NCBI GenBank assembly: GCA_964016885.1 | Contig: OZ024753.1 | Location: 39,246,001 to 39,310,000 of the forward strand | Direction of reading: 5' to 3' | DNA from: Eledone cirrhosa | Taxonomy: Eukaryota | DNA length: 64,000 nt | Shown: positions 1-14,353 of the stretch, piece by piece | How the letters are laid out: each line of letters starts with the position of its first letter | How positions within the stretch are numbered: position 1 is the stretch's first letter | Notes under the pieces: generated by a model | What the model was told of the DNA's origin: nothing | Database searches by the model: none | The model's input: the letters and a program-made list of their open reading frames with translations, nothing else | Program-made: the position numbers and the translations under genes

Positions 1-631
1 GAGACGGTAAAATGGCGACACGTAGGAAATCATTGCGGTGTATGAGAATAAACAGAATAGGGAAAAATTGAAAAAGACGATACATAAGCGGAGAAAAATG
101 CAGAAAGATCCAATAAGATGGCGATAAATATAGAAAGAAATCTGGAAGAGAATAATTCATCATTTTAGTTCATAATACTTCTTCCATTATATTTCATATA
201 ATCATGCTTATCCTTGGTCTCTAATCTAATTCGTTTTCACATTTGTTTTTGTTTTGCTATATGGTTTTGTTTGATTTTGTGGTTGCTTTTTTGGTTTGTC
301 AGTCATTCATTCACTTTTCCCCTTCTGTCATATACCCCCCCCCCCCCTCCCTACGAAAAATAGGAAAATACAGTAGTAATAAAATAGAGTTAGACTTACT
401 GACGATGAAACACAATGGAGAAGGACAATATAATGCATGAAAAAATACAACAAAAAATATATGAGAGCAGAATATCTAAGATTTACTGAGCAAGCTCATT
501 TTATGCGCAGAAGCAAAAAAGGTCAAATTTCTTGGCCCAAACATTGATCTTCAAAGTTGACATGCAAATCATTGCTTTAAGAGTGTGATGTTTCTGAGTG
601 TTCTACCAAGAGGACGTTTTTTTTTTGTCCA

Positions 632-900
632 ACCACAACCGCTATCACAACCACATCCACAAGCACAACCACAAGTACAACCATAAACACAACCATAAGC
701 ACAACCACAACCACAAACACAACCACAACCACAACCACAACCACAACAACAACAACAACCACAACCACAAACACAACCACAACCACAACCATAGCAACTA
801 CCACAACCACAAACACAACCACAACCACAAACACAACCACAACCACAAACACAACCACAAACACAACAACAACCACTACCACAAACACAACCACAAACAC
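632..900 (+). repeat. (ACCACA)n-type microsatellite
   Basis: Direct inspection; it produces the poly-HN, poly-CG and poly-V pseudo-ORFs. Confidence 0.95.
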
Positions 901-1382
901 AGCTACTTTCCCATGTAGTCAATATTCCCGTTTAAATACTGTTGGCTATATAGTTATATACTATTCCCATCTCTAAGCTGAATTGTCCAAAAAAAAAAGC
1001 AATTATCAAAAATACAAGCAATAGCAAAGCTTCTATCAGAACCCATCACCCATCTGATATTTTTCTACTAATGGTCTCCTTATACTTTTCCAGGTCCTAG
1101 TTTCCTTATTTTCAATTCTTTCTTTTTCTTTCTTATTTGTTGCTCTATGATCCGTAGAATTCACATATTTTATAAAAGATAATCTCAGATCGTTATTTTG
1201 TTACAAGCCAAATAAAATCCCTTGGATGCTAAGCTATTTCATATCAGAGAATCTTAATTCTTACTGCTCTCTAGAGATGGTGCTCGTGACTAACCATAAG
1301 ACTTTGGTCCAATACGTACAGACCAAATTGATTTTCGCCACGATTTTACACCCTCACTTCACAGTTTTTACGAAAACACATA

Positions 1383-1417
<35 letters not shown>

Positions 1418-1876
1418 GTATATATATTTCTTTTTTGCCGTCATCATCCTTATTTCTATTTATTTATGTGATTTTTTTTCTATTTTTATTCATTTTATTA
1501 TTGTTATTATTTATATATTTTACTGTATGAACAAGACGTGCTTCAAATAAGGAATGACGACAATAACAAGATCTCCAAGAAAGACCTAATATGTTGCTTG
1601 GGGAAATTGTTCAGCTTTTCAATAGCTTTCTGTCTGCACTAATAATTTAAGGATCTCTCTCTCCCTCTCTCTCTCCGTCTCTCACCTACCTCTCTCTCTC
1701 TATTTCTCTCTGACTGTCTCTCTGGCTCTCTGTCTCTCACCTACCTCTCTTTCTCTCTGGCTGTCTCTATGGCTCTCTCTCTCTCTCTTTTTTTCTGGCT
1801 CTCTCTCTCTCTATCTTTCTCTCTCCCTCTCTATCTATCTTATATATATATATATATAAATGTATGCACATGCATG

Positions 1877-1931
<55 letters not shown>

Positions 1932-1974
1932 TTGCGTGTGTTTACACCCACCCACATCTCATATATAAACATAC

Positions 1975-2013
<39 letters not shown>

Positions 2014-2388
2014 ATATATATATCTGTGTGTGTGCGTGTGTATGCGTGTGTGTGTGTAAACATATATATAAGCATATTGCGTAAAGGGAGCAAAGAAGAG
2101 ACAAATTAATCTAAAATTGTTATTGTTTGTATTGAGCACTAGGCATGTTATGTATGCTGTGTATGTATACTATACAAACACACAATTACTAAGAATATAT
2201 TTGGGTATAATGTTTAACTCTAGCATCATGTTTGTAAGAAGGTATAGTGGTAAATAAGTCGAGGAATTACCAGTGTCGTTATATAAGACGCTTACAATAG
2301 TTTGCACTATTTCCTCGAGCGTTCTGCGTTCTGAGTTCAAATCACCTCGTGTAAAGATTGTTTTGTTTTTGAATGTATAATATATAGA

Positions 2389-2570
2389 GTTTCTACTGTT
2401 GGCACAAGGCCAGCGAATACCCCAGTGCATCACTGGTACTTTATTTTATCGACCCTGTAAGGATGAAAGGCAAAGTTAACTTCGGCAGATTTGAACTCAG
2501 ATCCCAAAGGGCCATAACTCTATGCTACAAAGTATGGTGTCTGACGCTCTACCGATACTGTCAAACCACC
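2389..2570 (-). mobile_element. SINE family A copy
   Basis: Reverse complement of the family A consensus (GGCACAAGGCCAGC...GGATGAAAGGCAAAG...GATTTGAACTCAG). Confidence 0.85.
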
Positions 2571-2718
2571 ATGTTTCGTAGTTTTTCTGAACAGCTTCGT
2601 GGTTTAATATGGGTTTATATAATATTTAAGGGTTTGATGTGGATAATAATTATTTTATTTTTGATGCACTAGAGAACTTAACGTTCCTGCAATAGTTTTC
2701 AGTTCAATAGATCTCGTA

Positions 2719-2953
2719 GCGGTGGATTGGCAGTATCGGTAGAGGGTCGAACGCCATGTAAGGGCGGTGTATTGGCAGTATCGGTAGAGGATCGAACGCC
2801 ATGCTTTGCAGCAAAGAATGACGGCCCTTTATGGTCTGAGTTCAAATCACGCCGAGGTTAACTTTGCCTTTCATCCTTACGGGGTCGATAAAATGAAGTA
2901 CCAGTAATACACTGATTTAATTGCTGGCCTTGTGCCAAAAGTAGAAACAATTA
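2719..2953 (+). mobile_element. tRNA-derived SINE (family A, Meta-domain-like core) with a duplicated head
   Basis: A-box-like TGGCAGTATCGG, B-box GAGTTCAAATC, core CTTTGCCTTTCATCCTTACGGGGTCGATAAAAT, tail GGCCTTGTGCC-AAAAGTAGAAACAATTA. The first ~40 nt occur twice. Confidence 0.88.
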
Positions 2954-3088
2954 TACACGAGAAAGTACGCTAGTACACCAATGAGTAATGAAACAGTCTG
3001 AGATTTGTTTGTTTAGGTCGAACGTAACATATGAAGAATAATTGTTTCTGAAAACCATAATATTGAAATGTTGAACGTGGCGTAGGTA

Positions 3089-3278
3089 AAATTGTTTCTA
3101 CTTTTGGCACAAGGCCAGCAATTACCCAGTGCATTACTGGTATTATATTTGATCGACCCCGTAAGGAGGAAAGGCAAAGTTAACCTCGGCGGGATTTGAA
3201 CTCAGAATGGCAAGGGCCGTAACTCTATGCGTCAAAGCATGGCATCCGACCCTCTACCGGTACTGCCAATCCACCACC
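3089..3278 (-). mobile_element. SINE family A copy
   Basis: Full-length reverse complement of the consensus, with imperfect TSD CGT(A/T)GGTAAAATT on both sides. Confidence 0.88.
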
Positions 3279-3750
3279 CTAAGACGTTGGTAAAATTACA
3301 ATGTGACAATGATACTTAGCGTCTTCCGTAGTTATAGATGGATGAACATGTTTAGTAGAAGGTCAGAATTCATTAATGAAAGATCTGAGTAGACAAACTA
3401 AGCGGAAGTAAATAAAAACAAAGAAGAAGCTGCCTTATACCAATACAAACACATACAAGAGCAGTGAAAATTAATTATCAATGATAAACAACTGCAAATA
3501 AAGACAAGTTCAACACACACGCACAAACACACACACATACACACATATATATATATACGTTTGTATATATATATATATATATACATGTTTGTATATATGC
3601 ATATATATATATGTCTGTATATATGTATATATATATATGTTTGTATATATGTATATATATATATGTTTGTATATATGTATATATTAGCTTGTGTACGTAT
3701 CTTCATACATTCAGACATATACCGACTGTATGTATATATGTATATATGTA

Positions 3751-3848
<98 letters not shown>

Positions 3849-3920
3849 TATATAAACATATATATATATATATATACACATATCTAGATATATCTAGATA
3901 TATATATATATACATATATA

Positions 3921-3976
<56 letters not shown>

Positions 3977-5124
3977 TACATACATACATACATACATACA
4001 TACATACATACATACATACATACATACATACATACATACATACATACATACATACATGAGAAAAGGATTGACTAGGAAATAGGAAATAATAGCCATTAGC
4101 GATCCCTAGCAGCAGCATATATTGAACTTAACTTCATCCGTCCAAGATACAGCGTTGTTTTCAAAGAGTCTGTTTGGAATTGGTAATGGCAAGGGTTGGG
4201 ATATTTCACTCGTCGGAGAATAGGAGAGACCATGCGAGCAAATCTAGCTGACTTCATGACCAGGAATAAATTTCACGACAAATTGTGTGTACTTCGCACT
4301 TCGCATCACCCCTTTACAGAGAAGCAATTTTCAAAATAAACATTACTCATCTATTTATGACAATGTATATATGTATGTGTGTGACTGTGTGTTTGAGTTT
4401 CTGCTTGTATATGTGAGATAGTGTGTATCTGTGTGTGTATTTGTGTGTGTAGGTCTGTGTGTGTTTTTGTGTGCCTAAAGATTTGTGCATGTGTCGGGGA
4501 GGACTCAAACATACATAGTTCTTATTTGTAAGCTAGGCGATAGCGCATCGTGCACACACAAACGTGTCCGACTTAACGAATACATCTGACTGAACCTGAC
4601 TGCATTTCAGACGTAAATAAGTACTTTACGCCTTATAGTGTTGCGTGTGAATGTGCCTGGGTGTGTATATACGTGTATGTATGTATGGGAGAAAAAAAGA
4701 AAGAGAAAAAGAGAGGGAGACCACTCGTGTATGTCGGAATGTGATTGGCTGTCTTAATCACGCTTGCGCATTTTCGACTACGTGACGTAGCATATAATCT
4801 CGATATTGATGTATTTTTGTCTAGTGTTTTATACACATAATCATACGTTTGCAAGGGCACTGAGTGTATTTGTGTGGATATGTTTTCCTATTAATTTTGC
4901 TTCCTTCTTTTTACAGTGCATTTCTTTCACTGATGCAAACTCATCTCAAGCCATTATGGAATATAACTGAATTATCTACTCTTATTTATTCATATTCTTA
5001 AAAATTCGAAAATATTTTCATTTTTTTTATGACAAATCATCTTTACATACCCTCACCCATTTCCTTTTCCTGTGTTCATGTATCTATCTATTTTTTATCT
5101 TCCTTTCTTTCTCACTTTTCATAG

Positions 5125-5156
<32 letters not shown>

Positions 5157-5469
5157 GTATATGCATACATACATAGGTACCACGTACTCACATGCATACA
5201 TAGAGACGTACAGATATGCATGCATATATGTCTGTCTCTTTCTCTTTCCATGCATGTGTGTATATATGTATATGTACTTCTGTATAGGTGTGTGTATCTG
5301 CATATATTTGCTTCTAATGTATATGCTTTCATAACTGTTATTCCATTTATCCTCTCTCTATCTATATATTCATCTATATACCTGTACCACTATACCTCCC
5401 CCTCCCTCATTCACTCTCTTATATGGTGTAACTTCTGAGTAACAAGACTCACGTTTTTGGTATAATAAA

Positions 5470-5512
<43 letters not shown>

Positions 5513-5573
5513 AACAAGATGGCGTAGGACAGAACAAAGAAGGAGAGGCACAAAACAATGAAAAGAATCCCCA

Positions 5574-5616
5574 GTCAATGAAGAGGTCACACAATGTGTG
5601 ACGAAAGAACTTTGAC
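5574..5616 (+). ncRNA. Hammerhead-like motif (C3>A), same family as 21881, within an element at ~5510-5826
   Basis: GUCA-AUGAAGA-G-GUCACAC-AAU-GUGUGAC-GAAA-GAACUU-UGAC. Downstream ATGACCCTCCC..AG.ATAACAATAT is shared with 22099-22125 and, inverted, with 9520-9552. Confidence 0.6.
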
Positions 5617-5822
5617 AATATATGAACAACCGTCTGGTTGTGGAACCAACCAACCAGCTGGAAATTTATAAATTTTTAATTTATAATTTAATTTCTAATA
5701 AATTGGAGTGAAAGCAACTGGTGCGTGTGTTTCTTATTGGCAACATGACCCTCCCAAAGTATAACAATATCGGTTTCATCACACGTTTTCAGGTAAAGAA
5801 TCTTGCTAAACAAATTCAGAAA

Positions 5823-5870
<48 letters not shown>

Positions 5871-5884
5871 TATATGTATATATA

Positions 5885-5948
<64 letters not shown>

Positions 5949-5985
5949 AATATATATATATGTATATATAAATATATATATATAA

Positions 5986-6068
5986 CGAAGGGGGTGTGGT
6001 AAGGAACCATGTGGACCTTAACGCACCAGAGTACTCAATACTTAGAGTAGTAGAGTGGGTAATAGGAA
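5986..6068 (-). mobile_element. Tail fragment of the 21420-type element
   Basis: Reverse complement TTCCTATTACCCACTCTACTACTCTAAGTATTGAGTACTCTGGTGCG matches 21529-21580. Confidence 0.75.
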
Positions 6069-6330
6069 ACATTTTCATGTATATATATATAAAGAAAATT
6101 AGAGTTTTTAAAAAAAAACACACAAACAAACACAAAGAAAAAGCGAGATGTCCAACATGGGTGAAATTATAAGGCAAATGAAATTGAAAATGCTACTGGA
6201 GACAAACCACAAGAGGAACACAAACCCTCCATCTAAATTTTACTCTTGAAAAGCATAAGAACTGTGAAACTGGAAAAAGTAGATAAATAAATATTCTTAA
6301 AAGACTCCAGTTGCATTTTCAATTTCTTTT

Positions 6331-6445
<115 letters not shown>

Positions 6446-6604
6446 CATACATATATATACATATATATATATACATATACATATATATATATATACATAT
6501 ATATATATAAACGGATGAGAACGCAAATATCATCCCATGATGATATTTGTTTTTGAAATGCGCATAATAAAATCCATGGAACTCTTTTAACCATCTTTTG
6601 ATTT

Positions 6605-6681
<77 letters not shown>

Positions 6682-6998
6682 CCCCTTCTGCGGTGTGTTG
6701 CGATCAAAGAATAGTATCAGCGCAGATAGTCCAAATGAAAATATATTTATTCCTTAGTACGATCTGACCATTGGCACCTTCACTATTTTGTCTCATTTGA
6801 ATGACATGTTTTGAGTTTTAAAATCAATCAAAAAAAGAAAGAAGGTTTCGTAACTCTTAATGGAGCCTGAAGGAAGTCGTCATGATATATCTATCACATG
6901 CATGTTTAGGGTCTTTTAAACCTAGCGAAGACTATATATCTCTAGATCTGAACTCAGGCCATTTCTTACAGAGAGAGAGAGAGAGAGAGAAGGGGGGG

Positions 6999-7114
<116 letters not shown>

Positions 7115-9474
7115 ATAAACAGTGATGGTGGAAGAATCGACCACCGTACTGGTCTGAGACTTCATTTATCGATCTCGTACAGATGAATGGCAACATTTAC
7201 CTCACCTCGGTGATATTTGAACACAGAGCACTGCAAGCCGGGAAAAATACCAAGACATTTCAACTCTGAAAATTCACCATAATGGAAGAACCTGACCGAA
7301 AAGTTCAATATTCTTTCTCTGTCTTACGAAAAATAAACATATCAGATAATTCGCTTTTTACGGAATGATTTATTGTGAAATTAGTAATGAAGTAAGGACT
7401 CGTCTCCCGTGTCTCTTATAAAACCTCACTCACTCAACAGATGTAAACGTATGAGCTGAGAACTGGAACTAATGCAACATTTAAATATGGCAACTTTTCA
7501 ATCAGGAAACTTAATTTTGAATCAAGAATCGTGAAACATAAGGTCATATATTTATTTCTTGCAAAAATACTAATTTATCTTCCTTTGGGATACAGAAATG
7601 TATCAGCAAAGCTCTGTAATAATCATACTAAAGTGACACCAATGAAAGTCAATATTTTGCAGCTTCTTGATTCGATTTGTGAAATTATCACAAACGATAT
7701 AGCAGAGCTAACTTCCATAAACTTTACCTTAGCGCAGTATTAATTAGGTAAATTGATACTACAACATTACAGATTTGTAACTGTAAACTAAACAGATAAA
7801 ACGATATTCGAGAATATTCTTAATTTGATTATATACCAGAGAGGTTTGTTAACAGCCTTCAATTATTCGCCATCAGCTGCATATTACTGTAACTCACTCC
7901 TCCATATATACATATATATATATATATATATACACACATGCACAGAGAGAGAGAGATAGAGGGATAGAGACAGAGAGAGAGTGAGAGAGAGTGAGAGAGA
8001 GAGTGTGAGAGAGAGACATACACACACATGTATGTATATGTATACATATGTATGTATACATGTATGTATGTATGTATATACATATGTATGTATGTATGTA
8101 TTTATGGATGGATGGATGTATGTACATGTGCATGTATTTATATACGCATGTATATGTTTCTAAACATATCATTATCTCATTTACTGGAATGCCAAGTTAT
8201 AAATACATTTTTCCATGGAGATCTGAAATAAGAAATCTAATCAGGTAGAAAATAAGGTTAGTAATTTTGGCTGAAATTCGAACACATATCGCCCAGTAAG
8301 CGTTCTCTAACGTTTCGGAGTTCAAAGTAGATTCCTTCCTTATACGTTGAGTTTCATTATTTATATATTTCATCTGTATATGCCCCAAAACGTAAGCTCT
8401 TGTGTTGATTGTAAACTGGTTATATTATCGTCAGTAGATAATTTATTTCTAACAAGCAGCGAAGGTCTTTTTGAAGGGCATTATACATAAATACATTCAT
8501 ACATATCTATATCTATCTATCTATCTATTTATCTCTCTCTATATATATATATACACAGTATATATATATATATATTTCCCTTATCGTATTTCATATGCCC
8601 TGTTAATAGAATACATACAACCCACACCAGAGATCGAACCTACGACATTATAATCGTAAGTCCAACACCCTTTCTACGAGGCCCGATGTCTTCTATATTT
8701 AGTACAAAAGGGGATACAAATTTGTGAAGCAGAAATACCCCAAATATTCATGTTCTTTAACTATATTATCTTCGATATCCACCACATTCAAACATTGTTC
8801 TATTCTAAATATTTTTTATAAAAATCTAATCAGAAACAAGTAAATCTCTACCTCTTTCGTGGTGACTTTTTTCCTAGTGAACTTAACTTATATATATTAA
8901 CTTGTTCTGACTATAACGTTTCATACGAAAATAACAATGGAATTTTCTCATGATATCCATTTCTAATTTGTCACATTCATTTGGGAATGTGGACTGCTAA
9001 CCATTAGCTAATTAAGTAACTAGATACTGGTTTCCTTTCTTTTTACTTTTATTCTTTTTTTTCCTTTTTCGTATTTTCTTGTATGTCTGTTAACGTAAAA
9101 CTCTGACGCCAAGGGTACCTGTTCATTGTTCGGAATTCCATTTCGAATGATGTGCAATGAATAAACGCGAAACGTGAGTTTCTAGTCCCGGAAGACGTGC
9201 GAATGTGGCACATATATTTAGTATTCCAAGCACTTAACGTCGGCCCAAAACGATGAGATTTTGAATCAAGAGGCGTCATTCCTAGCTTGTGCTAGAATAC
9301 CGCTGGGCTTTCTAAACGAATTTGCCCTAGTAACGTGACAGAAATCATAGCAGTTTACAATTCAGGTTTAGATTTTTGTTCAAATCTTATTTTAGGTTAG
9401 GTTATCACACCATCATAAGAATGGAAAGGAAGAATGCACGAAGAAAACAATAAAAGGAGAGAAGGTTATATATA

Positions 9475-9523
<49 letters not shown>

Positions 9524-9575
9524 TACTTGGGAGGGTCATGTTGCCAATAAGAATCTTGCTAAACAAATTCAGAAA

Positions 9576-9675
<100 letters not shown>

Positions 9676-10138
9676 TTAGATAGATAGATATAAAGAGAGT
9701 GAGAGAGAGAGAGAGAGAGAGAAACAAATTACAAAGAGAAGAAAGAGATGTTGATCGAAAGGAAAAGAAAGTCAAAGGATAGAACGAGTTAAACTAGAAA
9801 GTTGAAGAAATGAAGAAACATATAATACTATGAGGGGAATTGTAGTTGAATATTGTAATTAAGCTGGTGGAACTTCGTCAGTTTCGACTATGTATGGTTT
9901 AGTTGTTCTATTAACGGAACAGCCTACGTAGCTAAGAGTAGGTTCTATCATTTACGGTCCTTTATATTCGGAGTTCACATCCCGCTGGGGTTAGCTTTGC
10001 CTTTCATACATGCATTCGATAAAATAAAATGCCAGTAATGCACTGGGGGTGATATAAATGACTCTACCCCCACAAAAAAAAGTAAACCTTGTTGACATTG
10101 TGCCTAAATTAGAAAACATTATATAAAAAACGGAGAAG

Positions 10139-10329
10139 GCGGTGGATTGGCGGTATAGGTGGAGGGTCGGACGCCATGCTTTGCAGCAAAGAGTTGCGGC
10201 CCTTTAGGATCTGAGTTCAAATCCCGCCGAGGTTAACTTTGCCTTTCATCATTACGGGGTCGATAAAATAAAGTACCAGTAATACACTGGGATATTTGCT
10301 GGCCTTGTGCCAAAAGTAGAAATAATTAT
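10139..10329 (+). mobile_element. SINE family A copy (an older diverged relative lies just upstream at ~9930-10120)
   Basis: Full consensus match; ATTATATAAAAAA is repeated on both flanks. Confidence 0.88.
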
Positions 10330-10995
10330 ATAAAAAATGAAATATAAATATTTAAAAAAAAGAAAACGAAAACCAAAATACTGAATTTAGTATTTAAAAC
10401 ATTTTTTTTAAAAAGGATAACTTTAAATAAAATAATCAGAAAAACAGTTACAAAACCGAATTAAAAAATACTGAAAACTGTAATAATAAAAATACAATTT
10501 AAAACAAAAAAAATTAAGAGAAAAAGAAACTTTAAAATGGAACAAAATTTTAAAAACATAATATACCGATAGTAGTGTTTTAGAATAATCAGTCAGGCTT
10601 CGGATCACCCAAATATTGAGAGATCGATCAAATCAAAGTGGATATCTAAAATAAAAAATTTGAAAAAGAAAAATTGAAGTATTGTAAATATTCTGAGGAT
10701 TTTTGTGCGTAAGTAAGACGATCACCATGTTCATTAATTTGCTTCCTTAGGTAATAGCAGACGGTAATTAGGGTGTCCAAACAAGCCAGGGAAGAAGGAA
10801 AATTAAGTCAACGAGTGAGACCTCTTTAATTAATCCAACAACAGGAGCAACAACAACAAGAGCAACAATATTTAGGAGGAGAGCTAAATCTTTACACTTA
10901 ATGAATGCTGTACTTGGACTGAATGACTGACTAACTGACTGTTATATAAATGTATGTGTATGTGTGTGTGTCTGCGTGTGTGCTTATATATATAT

Positions 10996-11038
<43 letters not shown>

Positions 11039-11365
11039 ATGGGTGTATGTGAGAGTGTGTGTAAGTGTGTGTCTGTGTGTGTATGTGTTTTGAGGAAGGA
11101 TTTGAAGACTTGTAATAAATCATCATGCCATCCGGAAGTGGGGTGGAATAAATTGCTCAAGGGGGCCCTTAATACTTTAGATAAATAAACAAATAAAACA
11201 ATAAATAAATAAAACATAAATATATAAATATATAAAGATCTCTCATTATTTTTCCCTATATTTCTTTTTTTTATCTTTCTCTTATTCTTTTCTTCTTTAG
11301 CCCTTTCTTTATTTCTTTCTTCCGTTCTTTCCGCCTTACTTCATTTTTATTATTCTCTCTCTACG

Positions 11366-11582
11366 TGGATTGGCAGTATCGCTAGAGGGTCGGACGCCAT
11401 GCTTTGCAGCATAGAGTTACGGCCCTTTATGGTCTGAGTTCAAATCCCGCCGATGTTAACTTTGTCTTTCATCCTTACGGGGTCGATACAATAAAGTACC
11501 AGTAATGCACTGGCGTCGATTTATTCGACTTTCCTCTCTCCCAATATTTCTGGTCTCGTGTGCCTATATAAGAAACTATTAT
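11366..11582 (+). mobile_element. SINE family A copy, longer-body variant
   Basis: Head and core match. Extra GTCGATTTATTCGACT...CCC segment before a diverged GGTCTCGTGTGCC...GAAACTATTATT tail. Confidence 0.8.
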
Positions 11583-11593
11583 TCTCTCTCTAC

Positions 11594-11757
11594 CCTTCTT
11601 CTTCTTCTTCTTCTTCTTCTTCTTCTTCTTCTTCTTCTTCTTCTTCTTCTTCTTCTTCTTCTTCTTCTTCTTCTTCTTCTTCTTCTTCTTCTTCTTCTTC
11701 TTCTTCTTCTTCTTCTTCTTCTTCTGTTCTGTCTCTCTCTCCCACTAATTCTACTAT

Positions 11758-11826
<69 letters not shown>

Positions 11827-11959
11827 ATAGTAATAATACTAACACTAATCATAACACTACTGGAATTATTAGTGCTTATAATTCTTACTAACATTACTAA
11901 CTGCTGATATCAAAGATGGAGGAAGAGTGAAAAAGAAGGATGCGGGGGTGAAAAAGTTG

Positions 11960-12031
<72 letters not shown>

Positions 12032-12117
12032 ATAATAGTTGCGAGAGTGGACATAGAAGAAGAAGAAGAGAAGAAGAAGCAGAAGAAGAAGAAGAAGAAG
12101 AAGAAGACAGACAGAAC

Positions 12118-12192
<75 letters not shown>
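11594..12192. repeat. Compound (CTT)n/(ACT)n microsatellite followed by an inverted (GTA)n/(GAA)n/(GAAA)n block
   Basis: Direct inspection. Confidence 0.95.
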
Positions 12193-12193
<1 letters not shown>

Positions 12194-12538
12194 CGGGAAA
12201 CAAATGAGGATAAGGAATGGGGTAGGAGGGTTAGGAGGAGGTAAGGTGGTAACGAAGGTGTCTCAGAAGATTGAATGACGAAATTAAAGTTCCAGGATTT
12301 TTAGTTGTCCTCTCTTGAAATTCCGTTGGGGTTTTGTATTTGCAATTCATCGCTTCAGGCGTGATATAGTAAATACAGCAACGCAGGGAAAGGAACCACC
12401 TAGTCAATTATATGTATATATACCCTGTATAGGGGATAGGTGAGGGATTTATCGAAATAGCAGTATCATTAAAGCCGTGGATAGAAGGTCTGCTGATAAG
12501 TATTATTCTGGGTCTTTCAGTACTGAGTTCAAATCCTC

Positions 12539-12570
<32 letters not shown>

Positions 12571-12778
12571 CTTCTTCTTCTTCTTCTTCTCTTCTTCTTC
12601 TTCTGCTTCTTCTGCTTCTTCTTCTTCTTCTTCTGTTCTGTCTCTCTCCCACTACTACTACAACTACTACTGCTACTACTGCTACTACTACTACCCGGTG
12701 AGGTCATTTCTGATTTGAGGGTTGGTAAATATATTTTTCTTTTTTCTTATATTCTGGGGTCGATTTTCTCTCTCTCAC

Positions 12779-12865
<87 letters not shown>

Positions 12866-13028
12866 TTTTGTCTCTCTTTCTCACAATCTATCTTACTCTC
12901 TCCCTCACTTTCTGTCTATCTCTCACTTTCTCTCTCTCACACACTCCCTCTCTCGAATAAATAGCCTCTAGTCAAACCTAGGGTGGGATGAACTTCGCCA
13001 AGTGTATATACGCGTATATATATTCGAA

Positions 13029-13192
13029 TCAAGTCATTTCGCACCTAGGAGTCAGACTGTTCCACATTGAACAGTTGAAGCGGCAAGAGCTCAGCTGTCG
13101 GGCCTTGACACTTTATAATATAGTCATATTCTACTATCCCAAGTATCGAGTCTGTTGAGTAATGGTCTAACTAGTCTTAAACTGGTTCTATC

Positions 13193-13195
<3 letters not shown>
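13029..13195 (+). mobile_element. Penelope-like terminal-repeat fragment with a decayed hammerhead
   Basis: CT-AGGA..GACTGTTC-CACATT-GAACAGTT-GAAGC-GGC-AAGAGCTCA-GCT-GTC-GGGCCTTGA, then a TATTCTACT..AAGTATCGAGT tail ending at (TA)n. Homologous to 21490-21570 and 55730-55768. Confidence 0.5.
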
Positions 13196-13289
<94 letters not shown>

Positions 13290-13329
13290 GAGAGAAAGAA
13301 AGCTAGATACATATTTGTATGTATGCATA

Positions 13330-13416
<87 letters not shown>

Positions 13417-13889
13417 TTTATATATATATATAAATATATGCATATATATTTATGTAGGTACGTATGTATATATATATGCATATATATATGAATATATATA
13501 AATATATATATACATATATATAATATATATACAGATATACATATATACACACATATATATATATACACATATATATACACATATATATAGCATTAATAGC
13601 AACGCTGTATAACGGAATTTTTAATAATGGATTAAACGTAAGAAATGTATCAGTAATAAATGTATCACTAATGAATGTAAGGGTATCGATTAACAAGAAA
13701 GAGATATAAAAAATGGTTGTAAGAAATGACTAATTGCAACTGGTAAATAGCCATACCATTAACAGATATAAATAAGACAAATAGATATGAGGCCAAACAT
13801 TAATAGTTACTCGATAGACATTGAAGGAATCGTATAATTATAGTTGTTGGACTTACGTTGTGTCTCAGTATGGTTTTATATATATATAC

Positions 13890-13922
<33 letters not shown>

Positions 13923-13971
13923 TGTATGTAGTATGTATGTATGTATGTATGTATGTATGTATGTATGTATG

Positions 13972-14028
<57 letters not shown>

Positions 14029-14276
14029 ATTTATATAGATATGTATTTATACATATGTATATATGTATATATATGTATATATGTATATATATATATTTAT
14101 ATATATATATATATTTATATAGATATGTATTTATACATATGTATATATATATATATGTATATATGTATATATATATACTATAGACATATACATATATATA
14201 TATGTATATAAATGTATATATATGTATAAATACATATGTGCATGCATCTATCTATATAAATATATGTATCTATCTA

Positions 14277-14353
<77 letters not shown>

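Noticed and set aside
569-922. Cys-Gly-rich, His-Asn-rich and poly-Val ORFs resembling metallothionein or His-rich proteins
   Set aside because: They are three translations of one (ACCACA)n microsatellite, with no independent coding evidence.
2719-2860. tRNA gene candidates (A/B boxes)
   Set aside because: No cloverleaf; these are SINE heads.
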